The notes beneath the pieces were generated by a model, which was not told where the DNA came from, did not search any database, and worked only from the letters and a program-made list of their open reading frames with translations. The position numbers and the translations under genes were made by a program. Below are positions 38,801-52,139 of a stretch of 64,000 nt of DNA, piece by piece. The DNA is from Octopus sinensis. Taxonomy: Eukaryota. The DNA lies in the NCBI RefSeq assembly GCF_006345805.1, contig NC_043014.1:49290001-49354000 (forward strand), written 5' to 3'. The stretch's first letter is position 1, and each line of letters opens with the position of its first letter.

Positions 38801-39364
38801 CACCCGGCCACCCGATGGACGACACCCCACCCAAAAAACCATGTGTGTATGTATGTATATGTATATGTGTATATATATATATATGTGTGTGTGTGTATGT
38901 ATATATATGTATGTGTATGTATGTATATATATGTGCGTATGTATGTATGCATATGTATATTCGCATGTGTATGTATGTGTGTTTGTATGTATATTTATTT
39001 TATAGTTTTTTCATGTATATTTATCTATTTATTCCCTCCACCTAACAATAACAAACTGCCTACCTCTTCTTGACCACCAAAAAGCAATTGTCTTCTAATT
39101 TTCCTAAAATCCCATCCCATATATCTGTTGAAATACTATTATTGGGGTTTCTATTCATTTATTCTATTTATTCATTTATTTATTTTCTCACTGATTCTTC
39201 TCACTTCAAAAAACACTCTGGCCTTTTGACCACTCCCCTAGGAACAATAGCCTGTGCCCGGTTAATCTCCGAAATACCAACCTACCCAAAAAACGTCCCC
39301 CCTGCCACCACCACTCCATTAAATCTGCTTAAATGCATAAATACCAGAACTTATTTTGACAGCC

Positions 39365-39415
39365 AGCTTCCTGAAGATTTCATCTGAATGAAACAGTTCT
39401 AGTCCTGTAGAAGCT
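39365..39415 (+). ncRNA. Type I hammerhead in the PLE 3' pLTR
   Basis: AGCTTC-CTGAAGA-t TTC atct GAA t-GAAA-CAG ttctagtc CTG-TA|GAAGCT; predicted cleavage after 39409. Confidence 0.8.
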
Positions 39416-39495
39416 CCTTCTATAAAATAAATTACTTTACTCTGCTATGTATTGAGTACCTTATTTACTGTGGTTAACCCTGACTCAACCCGGGA

Positions 39496-39537
<42 letters not shown>

Positions 39538-40627
39538 GATAGATTTGTACAAAATTCTCCACTGTTTCTAGACATGTGATCTTTACCCCCTCTGCCCCCA
39601 CTATAGCATTGCATGTCCTTCAGACATAATCATCTTAAACAAGGAAGGGTACCTTAAAAACTGCATAATCCTAGATATCATGGGAAAAAAAAAATTGTGA
39701 TGGTCAAGGATGGAATTGTTTTGATAATAGATCTGCTCCACTAGACCAGACTTGGTGCTAAACAACAACACTGAGGCAATGCGGAATTAAACATCTTGCA
39801 CATTAAAAAACAAAAACAAAAACAATATGTACACCATAAGAATTGAACCTAGAATCTATCGATCAAGAAGTAACCTGATACATTACCCTGTTCAATAGGA
39901 ACTTTTAATTCTTTTCTGTGTTGCTTGAATTTTTAAAAGAAATGTATTTTACATACAAATATGGAAATAGAGATTTATTTTTAACATTTAATAAATTATG
40001 GGAAAAGAATAAAAGAATTTCAAAATCATTTGTTTTTTTTATTTTTTATTTCTTTTAAAATATTTATATTTTTTTTCATCTTTTCTTTTTATCTTTTATC
40101 TTTCACTTGCTTCAGTCATTTGACTGTGGCCATGCTGGAGCATATATATATATATATATATATAAATCAAATTTGATGACTGGCATCCGTGCTAGTGGAG
40201 TGCTAAGAGCACCATCTGAGCATGATCATTCCCAGAGCAGCTAACTGGCAGCCGTGCTGGTGGCACGTAAAAAGCACTGTTCGAGCATGATCATTACCAG
40301 CGTCGCCTTACTGGCACTTGTGCTGGTGGCACATGAAAAAGCATTCAAGCGAGGTCGTTACTAGTGCTGCTGGACTGGCTCCTGTGTAGGTGGCACGTAA
40401 AAAATACCATTTGAGTGTGGCCGTTGCCAGTACCGTCTGATTGGCCCTTGTGCCGGTGGCACATAAAAGCACCCACTACACTCTCAGAGTGGTTGGCGTT
40501 AGGAAGGGCATCCAGCTGTAGAAACTCTGCCAGATCAGATTGGAGCCTGGTGCAGCCATCTGGTTCACCAGTCCTCAGTTAAATCGTCCAACCCATGCTA
40601 GCATGGAAAGCGAACATTAAACGATGA

Positions 40628-40672
<45 letters not shown>

Positions 40673-42970
40673 CATATATATATATATATGGTGTTCAGAA
40701 GGACATCCAGCTATAGAAGCTATGCCAAAACAGGCATGGACCCTGGGTATCTCATCAGCTGTTCAGCTCCTATCAAACCATCCAACTCATCCCAGCATGG
40801 TAAACAGACATTAAATGATGATGATGATGATGATGAAAGTCTACTTTTTTCTGTCGAGGGCCTATATGCCCCATTATTATTAGACTATTTTCTTTAGTCA
40901 TTGCGCAGTGATCACCGATAAGCTTTAAGCTTATAAAATACTCTTATTGTTATTTACAGAATTGTAAAAATTGATGCTGCTTAACAAAAAAAACCATCAC
41001 ACACATATACATATATTTAAAATGAGGGTGAAAAATTAGATGTTAATTTGATTAATATCAATTTAAAACCAGTGGTCTAGCATATTAAAATCTGAAGGTT
41101 CTGAAAATTGTATTACATATGTATGAGAGGGATGACCACTATGTGGACAACCCTTATGCTAGAAGTAGATCCACTATGGATCTACTTCTAGCATAAGGGT
41201 TGTCCACATAGTGGTCATCCCTCTCATATGTGTGTCTGTATATATATATATACACACACATATATGTATGTATATATATATATACATATGTGTTTGTTAG
41301 TGTGTGTGTGTGGTGTCTGTGTTTATCTCTCCACTGATTGTCAGCCAGTGTTGGTGTGTTTACATCCCTGTAATTTAGACTTTCAGCTAAAGAGATCGAT
41401 AGGATAAGTTCCAAGTTTTAAAAAAACAAGTACTAGAGGTGGGGGATCGATTCATTTGACTAGAAATTCTTCAAAGCTGTGCCCCAGCATGGCCACAGTC
41501 TAATGACTGGAACAAGTAAAAGACAAAAAAAAATCGCAGGGTATGATTTCAGAGTAACCTGGCTGCTATTTTTAGCAGACACGTTGACCACGTAAAGGCA
41601 GCAAAGAGTGTTGACATTATTGTAAACAGTTAATAGATGGGGTGTCTAGACAGAACGTTTGCTCTGGTTCCAGCAATTTGGGGTCTTTTGATCCTTGTCT
41701 TTCAATTCCGATGGCAATAAGCATTTCACATGATTCCTGTTTGTTCGACAAAGGAAAGAAGAAACACATACTTTATTGTTACTGCAAAAGGTGTAGGGGT
41801 GAGATGGAAGCTGTTAATTATATCAATTAAGGGTGGCTTAAATTAATGTCGTTTTTCTTAGAGGGCGCCACCTGGGGGAATGAAAACTGTCACTGCAATT
41901 GTTTGCTGTTATTGTTGATTTTTTATGGTGGAAGTGGTAGCAGTGGTGGTGTCGGTGGTGGTGGTGGTAGAATCGGTTATGGTAACTGTAGGGCGGCGGC
42001 GGTGGTGGAGATGGTGAGGTCGTTACTTACAGGATGATAGACAAGAGAAAGAGAAAGAAAGGGAATAAGAAAATAGTTGAGCATGTGTGTGTGTGTGAGT
42101 ATGTGTGCTTATTGTGTAAATCTGTGTTTATGTGTTTTACTACCTGCACATTGTGAAAGTATGTGTGTGTGTGTGTGCATACATATATACATACACACAC
42201 ACACACATACACATGCACACACACACACACACACATTCATTCTTAGAGTTTCATTGCATCTTGAGCCCTTTATTTGATAGTGGTCACTAGTTTCAATACA
42301 AGCACTTTGGCACGACTGTATGGTATGAAGTTTGCTTCCCAACCACTTGGTTCCAGGTTCAATCCTACCGCGTTGCACTTTGGACAAATGTCTTCTACTA
42401 TAGTCTTGGACTGACCAAAGCCTTGTGAGTGGATTTGGTAAACAGAAACTGAGAGAAGCCTGTCATATATATAAATATATATATATATATATATGTATTT
42501 ATTTTCTTTATTTATGTGCCCATTTCAAGCCTAGCCAGGCTCACGGGCCCAGTTTCCCGGTTTCTGTGGCGTATGTGTTCCCCCCAGCTGGAAGGGGCAC
42601 CAGTCCACCGCAGCATTACTCAAGAAACAGGAAGAGAGAGTGAGAGAAAGTTGGGGCAAAAGAGTACAAATGAAGAACTTGATGGGGTTTCATGAACAGC
42701 AACACCAGGAGGAGGTGCAGTAACCACAGCCAAAACCAAGGTACTTTACCACTAACAAAATGCAACATGTGTTTGCATGTATAGGTGCAGGCATGGCTGT
42801 GTGGTAAGAAGTTTGATTTCCAACCCCATGGTTTGGGGTTCAGACCCACTACATGGTACCTTGGCCAAGTGTCTTCTGCTATAGCCCCAGGCTAACCAAA
42901 GCCTTGTGAGTGGATTTGTTAGACAGAAACTGAAAGAAGCCCATCATATATATATATATATATATTACTT

Positions 42971-43374
42971 ACTAGCAGTATTGCCCGGCGTTGCTCGGGT
43001 TTGTAAGGGAAATAACTATATAAGCATTTTTAGAGAGTTATAGCCAAAAAAATAGCAAAAAAATGCATTAAAAACGGGAAAAAAATGATGGTAAATTTTT
43101 TTTTAAATCGTTGACTCATCGTAGACATTTTTAGAGAGTTACTTCCCTTATATAATAGCGAAAAAATGCATTAAAATGGAAAAAAATGATGGTAAATTAT
43201 TTTTAAAATCGTAGACTCATCGTAGATGCGCACTACTACCCAGAAGGGCTCGATATGAATCACGACTATAAGATACCTGGTTTTGGTTAAACTGCACCGC
43301 AAAATGTGGGAGTAGTTAGGAATCTAAATCGTAGGAGACAGACAGCACACAACTTCACTTTTATATATAAAGAT
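42971..43374 (+). mobile_element. Second copy of the Helentron/DINE-like element with an internal duplication
   Basis: Same termini as 24666-24974; an internal ~100-bp block is repeated. Confidence 0.65.
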
Positions 43375-43796
43375 ATGAATATGTGTGTGTGTGTGTGTCT
43401 TTGTGTTTGTCCCCCGCCACTATCTGACAACTGGTGTTGGTGTGTTTACATCCTATAACTTAGCAGTTTGGTAAAAGAGACTGATAGAATATGTGCCAGG
43501 CTTTAAAAAAGGTACAAATAAGTACTGGAGTTAATTCATTCAGTTAAAAATTCTTTCGAAGTGGTGCTCCAGCATGGCCACAGCCTTTGGGCTGAAACGC
43601 ACTGAGAAATAAAAGAAAACAGAATTTGATAAGAATGGGAAATCACGGTTCAATACAATTTATGTTTTATAAACAGAAAAAATCCCCAGCAAAAATAAAG
43701 TGTCATGTCATCATGTATGGTTAATCTGCCCCCACCCCTCATGAGGTACAGCTGATTGCTTATCATTGAAATCAGTTTAGGATTATGTGTCAAATG

Positions 43797-44100
43797 TCAT
43801 CATCATCATCATCATCATAATCATCGTCGTTGTCGTCGTCGTCGTCATCATCATCATCATCACCGTCGTCGTCGTCATCATCATCATTATCATCATCATT
43901 ATCATCATAATCATCGTCATCGTTGTCGTTGTCATCATCATCATCATCACCGTTGTCGTCATCGTCGTCATCATCATCATCACCGTCGTTGTCGTCGTCA
44001 TCATCATCATCACCGTCGTTGTCGTCGTCATCATCATCATCACCGTCGTTGTCGTTGTCATCATCATCATCACCGTCGTTGTCGTCGTCATCATCATGAT
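43797..44100. repeat. Compound (CAT)/(CGT) trinucleotide repeat with a 30-bp higher-order unit
   Basis: caccgtcgttgtcgtcgtcatcatcatcat repeated. Confidence 0.9.
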
Positions 44101-44389
44101 CATTTAACTTCTGTTTTCCATGCTGCCATGGATTGGACGGTTTGGTCAGATCTGGCAAGCCAGAGATGTGCCTCACGTTCCAGTCTGATTTGGTTTACTT
44201 TCTATGGCTGGATGCCCTTCCTAATGCCCACCACTTTACAGTATGTTCTGGGTGCTTTTAACGTGGCACCAGCATGAACACACCTTAGTGCTTTTTATGT
44301 GACACTGGTTCAGGGTTATTGCAGACCCACCGGCGCAAGACTCTCACAGGTCAACCCGCTTCACCAAGGAGCGCAGCTTTAATACTTCT

Positions 44390-45018
44390 TATTTCTTTAT
44401 TGCCCACAAGGGGCCAAACATAGAGGGGACAAATAAGGACAGACAAAGGGATTAAGTTGATTACATCGACTCCAGTGCGTAACTGGTACTTAATTTATCG
44501 ACCCTGAAAGAATTAAAGGCAAAGTTGACCTCAGCTGAATTTGAACTCAGAATGTAACGGCAGACAAAATACCTATTTCTTTACTACCTACAAGGGGATA
44601 AACACAGAGAGGACAAACAAGGACAGACAGACAGATTAAGTCAATTATATCAACCCCAGTACGTAACTGGTACTTATTTAATCGACCTTGAAAGGATGAA
44701 AGGTAAAGTCGACCTCAGCGGAATTTGAACTCAGAACGTAACGGCAGACGAAATACCACTAAGCATTTCGGCCGGCATGCTAACGTTTCTTATTTCTTTA
44801 TTGCCCACAAGGGGCTAAACACCGAGGGGCAACCATGGACGGACAAACGGATTAAGTCGATTGCATCAATCCCAGTGTGTAACTGGTACTTATTTAATTG
44901 ACCCTGAAAGGATGAAAGGTAAAGTCGACCTTGGCAGAATTTGAACTCGGAACGTAACGGCAGACGAAATACTGCTAAGCATTTCGCCCAGCATGCAAAC
45001 ATTTATGCCAGTTCGCCA
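44390..45018 (-). mobile_element. Tandem array of 3-4 SINE family C units
   Basis: Unit 'cccacaagggg.taaacacagag..gaatttgaactcagaacgtaacggcagac' repeated. Confidence 0.82.
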
Positions 45019-46957
45019 CCTTTAACATTTCCACAGTGGAAGATTGGTTATCTTGGGTACAAGGTGCCAGGTATTTCAGTCTTTTGTATTCTTGTCTGAA
45101 AGGTTCAGTGTTCTGAGGTTGACCTTCATGGGTGAAAGAGTATACAAGCTGGAGTGGTCAAGCATGCAACCACATGTCTTTACTGAATCATCCTAGATCT
45201 AATAATAAATGAAATGTGGTCTCTTGAATTCATTAGTTGCTATCAATCACACAATTTATATTTCCGTTTATCTCTAATCTGATAAACCCTGATTCCTTCT
45301 TTAGTTAAAAAGGTCAAGTTATCGCTCACTAAAATTGGTGTACCTGTCAAATTGTAAATTTAAATATGCTGAAATGAAAGTAAAAAGAAATCAAGGATAG
45401 TATTTCGTTTTTGTATGTAGTTTACCAGATTCTTTATCTGAATTTGTGTATTGAAGCATGTTTTATTGTGTCTTGGGAGGGTCATTTTCTTTTAGTACCT
45501 TCTTGAAAAGGATGCAAGTTGCTATGAATATTTCAGTAAAAAATAAGTTGAGACCCCCTTCGGTCATGACTGACCATGGGATTGCACCTAGAAAGTTACC
45601 CCTACCCCAGGCACAAGTCTGAGCAAGGTTGTTTATGGAAGACCAGCAGTCGCCCATGCATACGTGGAGAGCCTCCCCTCTCCACGCCGCCAGTGTTATC
45701 CAAGGGAAAGGCAACGGCTGATACAGCTTGGTACGTGTGACATCGCAACTCATTTCTACAGCTGAGTGAACTGGAGCAACGTGAAATAAAGTGTCTTGCT
45801 CAAGAACACAACACGCAGTCGGGTCCGGGATTTGAACTCACAACCTCACGATTGTAAGCTCTACGCTCTAACCACTGAGCTATGCGCCTTCACAACATAC
45901 ATACGTGTATAAATATACACATTCATGCACATGCATACACACACTCTCACACACACACACACAGATGCCCAAGCACTTAAACATACAAAAACGAGAAAGT
46001 ATTATCGTAAATATATATATATATATAGAATGGTTGTATACTGTCAATCTAACACGAACGTGACAGTGTGGGGGGGGTACACCACCGCTGTTTAGCCCTA
46101 GGAAGCATCGACGCCTCCTGATGGCTTTGACACATTTTAGCCATCAGGAGGCATCGATGCTTCCTAGGGCTAAACAGCGGTGGTGACCCCCCCCCTACTG
46201 TCATGTTCGTGTTAGATTGACAGTATACAACCATTCTATCGCCCCACCACCGTACATATCTCTACGGATAGATTTAGAAATTTAGTATTTCTGATATAAA
46301 TCTACATATTTTTATTAAAAAAATAATTTGGATCTGCAAAATAATTGAACCAACAGCGGATATATGGAAGTAGCAAAAGACTGAACATACAACACCAAGT
46401 TGAAATTCAAGTTAAATATTGACTCCTACTACAAACAAATCAAGTGCTTTAACACCTACTTAACAAAAACTTTATATAAGGAATGATAAGAAACTCATAC
46501 ATTAAATTTTTTTTTAAAAAGCCAGATTTTTAATTAATTGCTGAATTTTTACTTTCAAGTTGTATACAGGTGTTTCCTCTTAAGAACATTCTATCTAGCA
46601 TCCACGTTTTCTGCTGAACAATGATTATAAGGGGATTTGGGTGCCGTCTTGGAGAAAAGTATGTTTTACATTATAGACCAATATGGGCATCCAACTGAGG
46701 AAAATTTGCCTCAACAAATTCCATCCAGCCCATGCAAACATAGAAAGGTGGACATTAAATGAATGCAGATGACAACGATGATTATGATGGCAGTCGTGAT
46801 GGCGAAGGTGGCGGTAGTAATGATGGTGATGATGACAACGATGTTGATCAGAGCATAATTATCTTTATTCATCTGATGCTTTGATAAATTTTCAATGAAT
46901 CAGACCACCATATTGGTCTATAGTGTAAAACTGAAAGAAGCCTACCATATATATGTA

Positions 46958-46995
<38 letters not shown>

Positions 46996-47197
46996 AAATA
47001 GAAAGATGAATAATCTTGTAGCAGATTAATCAAAAGTTTAACCGTTACCTTGGTAGCAAAAATCACAGCAGAAGACAGCACGGTTGGAGGTACAACCATA
47101 TGGTGTTGTAACCGTGCGTTGGTGCGGATAATTGAATATTAATATTATTAGTGAATTGAAGAAATGGAGCTGAACGAAGATTGAACAGAAATCGTTT

Positions 47198-47290
47198 TAT
47201 TTCATTCTACACGTGTTTCGAAAGGCACAATTTACCAAAATCCGATTGAATAATGAGACCATATTGTGTCTTTCTCTTCAGGAAGAAATA
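47198..47290 (-). ncRNA. Type I hammerhead with extended stem II (left arm of palindrome)
   Basis: Exact reverse complement of 47468-47560. Confidence 0.82.
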
Positions 47291-47467
47291 GGAAATCCGT
47301 TGGAAAAAACAAAAACAGAACAGAGGCGGAGCAAAACAAATCGAACTAGGCTCAAACAAAAACAGAACAGAGGCGGAGCAAAACAAATCGAACTAGGCTC
47401 CTAGGAGCCTAGTTCGATTTGTTTTGCTCCGCCTCTGTTCTGTTTTTGTTTTTTCCAACGGATTTCC

Positions 47468-47560
47468 TATTTCTTCCTGAAGAGAAAGACACAATATGGT
47501 CTCATTATTCAATCGGATTTTGGTAAATTGTGCCTTTCGAAACACGTGTAGAATGAAATA
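47468..47560 (+). ncRNA. Type I hammerhead with extended stem II (right arm of palindrome)
   Basis: TATTTC TTC-CTGAAGA-GAAAG a CACAAT..ATTGTG c CTTTC-GAAA-CACGTG-TA|GAA t GAAATA; predicted cleavage after 47550. Confidence 0.85.
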
Positions 47561-47612
47561 AAACGATTTCTGTTCAATCTTCGTTCAGCTCCATTTCTTC
47601 AATTCACTAATA

Positions 47613-47644
<32 letters not shown>

Positions 47645-47935
47645 ATGTTTGTGTGTCTGTGTTTGTCCCCCCCAACATCGCTTGACAACCGATGCTGGTG
47701 TGTTTATGTCCCTGTAACTTAGCAGTTCTGCAAAAGACACCGATAGAATAAGTACTAGGCTTACAAAGAATAAGTCCTGGGGTCGATTTGCTCGACTAAA
47801 CGCAGTGCTCCAGCATGGCCACAGTCAAATGACTGAAACAAGTAAAAGAGTAAAAAGAGAGTATATATATATATACAAAAGGAAAGAATAAATAGTCAAA
47901 AGGAAGAGGGAGCATGGTTTGACAGCTGTTTAATG

Positions 47936-48047
47936 ACCACTACACATGTTTCGATACAACATGGGTCCACATATATACAAGATTTAAATTTAAATTAAGT
48001 AACAGTTTACCTTTATAATAGGACCTAGTCATATCTCCTCGGGTGGT
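47936..48047 (-). ncRNA. Type I hammerhead variant (U4C) with large loop 2
   Basis: On minus: ACCAC-CCGAGGA-GATA..~75 nt..TATC-GAAA-CATGTG-TA|GTGGT. Confidence 0.65.
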
Positions 48048-49737
48048 ATATAATCGCTGTTTCCATAAGTAATGCTTGATTTCGATGCTATCACATTCAA
48101 ATATTTTATTTTTCACCCACAAGGAATGCCTAAGCCTAGAATTGGTAGTATACCATAATATTGCTGGCTATCTGGTAATTCTAAAGGTGAACAAGCTCTA
48201 TTTTGTACTCTAATACGTTCTAAATGGAATACACCTCAACTATATATATGTATATATATATACATATATATAGGGGGAGAGTTCACGAAAAAAACAAAAG
48301 ACGAAGACAGGTGGTGTGTAAAACAAGCAGACGTATTAGTATAACACTCAGGAAATTGAAAAAGTCTTTTATGTTTTGAGCCTACGCTCTTCTACAGAAA
48401 GGGACACAGAAAAAAAACAAGGAGAGAAAAAAAGGAGAGAAAAAATATGATGGGCTTCTTTCAGTTTCTCTCTACAAATCCATTTACAAGGCTTTGATCA
48501 ACCTGGGGTCATAGTAGAAAACACTTGCTCAAGGTGCCACACAGTAGGACTGAACCTGAGACCATGTTGTTGGGTAGCAGACTTCTTACCACACAGCCGC
48601 ATCTGCACCTTATTATGCTTTAATCGTGTATTTGGGAATTTTCTCTTTGTTGTTGTAAAGAAAACAACTTAAGTAAACCTGTTTTTAATTATTTGAAATT
48701 TTCCTGGAAGGAAGGAGCTGTGTTTAACAAGAGGTATTTTTATACATTTTTTTTTCTGTAGGCACACAGGTTCTGCCTTATAGACAAAACTAGGCTGTGA
48801 GGTAAGAAATTTGTTTCCCAACCACATTGTTTTGGGGTTCAGTCCCACTGTGCAGCACCCTGGACAAAGTGTCTTCCACTATAGCCCCTGGACTTACCAA
48901 ATCCTTGTGAGTGGATTTGGAAGATGGAAACTGAAAGAAGCCCATTGTATGCATGTGTGTTTGTGTATATGAGGATGTGTGTGTGTGGGTGTGTGTATAC
49001 GAGGGTGTTTGTGTGTGTGTCCAACCTTCTGAGTTCTTTTACAGGGCTTAGGGAGAACTGAAGAGCCGCTGCAATAAGTGTGTGAATCTGAGAGGGGAAT
49101 ATGTTGAATAAAATCATAATTAACTGATCCTCCTTTATTTTCTTTTAATCAAAGCCAGGAACTTCTCAGTACCCTCTCATATATATATATACATATATAT
49201 ATATATATTATATAAAATCTGTCTGTCTTCTAGGATCTCGGGCATCCTCCATCCGATTGCGCTCAAATTTGATATGTAGATAACAACAATATCAGGGCGT
49301 GTATAAGTCTTGAAAAAATAAAAATCGATTCCAGGTGAGAATGCAATCAATAAAGCCATTTTTGTCCTGCTTTTCTTCCGTCAACCTGTACATAATTGCA
49401 CCTTCCATTTTTTGTTGTTTTTGTACTGCTTCAAGGCACATTTCTTTCCTGCCAAGCTTACTGCTTAAACCATGTTTGTGTTCTCCCAGTCAACAGCCTT
49501 ATCATTACTGGTACGTTAAATTCTTTGGTTGCATATTTGTGTGAATAAAATCGTTTTTCTTTGGAATAGAAAAAAGTCTATCTTTATTTCTTCTTTTGCT
49601 GGTGTCTCAAATTTAGATTAAATCAATGTTTCTCAAAGGGGAAGCCTATGGGACGGTCGGATAAGTTGTTTTGAGAACATTTGGTTTAAATGTTTGACAA
49701 CTCAGCACCGTCCATTGGATGGGGGACGTTTTGCTTG

Positions 49738-49775
<38 letters not shown>

Positions 49776-49793
49776 ATATATATATAAAAAATC

Positions 49794-49903
<110 letters not shown>

Positions 49904-50114
49904 TGGAATTATATATATATATGGTGGAATTATTAGCACGCCAGGCAAAATGCTTCGCAGCATTTTGTCCCTCTTTACGTACTGAGTTCAAATGCTCCTG
50001 AGGTCAACTTTGCCTTTCTTCCTTTCAGGGTCGATAAAATAAGAACCAATTGAGAACTAGGATTAGATGTAATCGACTTATCCCCTCCCCCAAAGTTGCT
50101 GGCCTTATGCCAAA

Positions 50115-50162
<48 letters not shown>

Positions 50163-50984
50163 TTGTCTGTTACTTGATCAAATACTGGACTAGCAAGAAA
50201 ATTACAGGTGAGAATAGTCTTAACTGAATTTGGAAAGTACAGAACCAGAAATGGAAGCTTAAAAAATATTGCAGTAGCAGTTGGAACTGAACTGAAAAAT
50301 ATGTTGTTTGCTAACTTGAAAAACAAGTAAAGGTTTGTGATAGGAATAGCATCTGGCTGCAAAACTGCATTAATAATGCATTCCTAGAGTTTGCTTGAGT
50401 TAGTCTCTCTCTGGGATTATGCACATACATACATGCATGCATACATATATACATACATGTTATTATTTTCATTATTGTTTTTACGTATTTTGTATTCTTA
50501 TTTGTGTAACATCGTCCGTTTTCCGTCCTTGTTTTGTATACATTCGAGGCTTTCTTCCAAGGAATCTAATGCACTTGGCTTAGATTTTCCTTTGGGGCTG
50601 GCCAGGTCGGAGCAATCTCAAGATTAATCAGCTGAAATTGTGAAGATGATCCGGTTCTTGACTGAAGATTGAAGGCTTCGAATGTCCCGTCCGTGTTTTT
50701 TGTGTCGTCTTCTAATGTTTCATGTTCTTGTCCCAGTTTGTATTTTTTTACTTTTACATATATATAAATATATATATATATATATATGTACAGGTGGTGC
50801 ACCAACATGACCTCAGCCCTGGGTTGAAACCAGTAAAAGATAAAAGATATATTTCCCATGTCGTGGGAAACGTGAAAAATGAATGGACCATAGATGTTAC
50901 TGTCGGTGTAAAGATTTTTAGGTAATTTTGTGAATGAGTTCAAATCTGAGCACAAAACTACAGAATTTATGAATTAAAGTGAGT

Positions 50985-51400
50985 ACACGAGGCTTCGAAG
51001 TGAGTAAGATTACCAGTTTCAAAATGAGTACTTGACTTTAAAGTGAGATTAGCCATTTCAAAGTGAGTAATTGAGTTTAGCAATTTCAAAGAGAGTACAC
51101 GAGGTTTCAAAGTGAAATTTACAATCTGAATGTGAGATTGGCGATTTCAAATTGAGTACATGAATTTAAAGTGAGATTAGCAGTTTCAAAGTGAGTACAT
51201 AACTTCGAAGTGAAGCTAGCAATTTCAAATTGAGTACATGAATTTAAAGTGAGATTAGCAATTTCAAAGTGAGTACATAACTTCGAAGTGAGGCTAGCAA
51301 TTTCAAATTGAGTACATGGATTTAAAGTGAGATTAGCAATTTCAAAGTGAGTACATGAATTTAAAGTGAGATTAGCAGTTTCAAAGTGAGTACATGTCAC
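50985..51400. repeat. 39-bp minisatellite (TTTCAAAGTGAGTACATGAATTTAAAGTGAGATTAGCAA)n
   Basis: Period 39 (51301 to 51340). Confidence 0.9.
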
Positions 51401-52139
51401 TTAAACTCGATTTTATACTTACATACTTTAAGGTGATGTTTGAAAAAACATTCTGAGCCATTTAACTGGAAACTTAAAAGACCAGGAACAGATTTACTTA
51501 TCTAGTAATTTACCTATTCAGCATGGGATCACTACCATTCATAATGATGTTCATAATTGTTGTGTAAAATGTCTGTTTATGTTTAATTATGTTGAGGAAT
51601 AAGGCGGTGAGCTACCAAAATCGTTAGCATGCTGGGAAAAATGCTTAGCAGCATTCCGTCCGTCTTTATGTTCTGAGTTCAAATTCTGCCAAAGTCAGCT
51701 TTACCTTTTTGGAGATTGGTAAAATAAGTAACGGTTGAGCCCTGGGGTCAATGTAATCAAATATCCCCTAACCCCCAAATTTCAGGCCTTGTGCCTGCAG
51801 TAGAAAGGAATTACATAGAGGAATACATCATGAGCATAGAATATACCTCAGATCTGGAACTTTGCCTGCCAGACATGAGTGCAGAAACAAGGAACAACTG
51901 TGCAGCTTTTCCAATAGTCACACACTGAGGTAGTATTCTCACAAAATTTATATTGCTATTAAAACACTTAACCTTTGCCAAAAACCTCACAGAAAAGTGA
52001 ATGGCTTTTACAAATATTATTATAGTCAATGCCAGTGCCGCCTGACTGGCTCTCTGTGCTCCTGTGCTGGTGGACCATAAAAAGCACTATCTAAATGTGG
52101 TTGATGCCAGTGCTCACCAACTGGATCCTGTGCTGATGG

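Larger units (their letters stand above)
36914..39497 (+). mobile_element. Penelope-like element, 5'-truncated, with inverted pLTR fragment at the 5' end
   Basis: RT+GIY-YIG ORF; 36914-37052 is the reverse complement of ~39283-39431; hammerhead motif in both copies; flanked by TA repeats. Confidence 0.92.

Noticed and set aside
40960-41000. Possible further 3' exon of the host gene (ttatttacag|AATTG)
   Set aside because: Only an acceptor-like motif; no coding or homology support.
41130-41152. GATGA-CCAC tat GTGG-ACAAC resembling a hammerhead core
   Set aside because: Lacks CUGA and GAAA; too degenerate.
50660-50692. CTGAAGA..GAAT motif
   Set aside because: GAAA is absent and stems II/III do not close.
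50985-51400. Regular repeats (also 9173-9786 and 52140-52470) as a CRISPR array or coding repeat
   Set aside because: Tandem units without unique spacers, eukaryotic context, and no cas genes.
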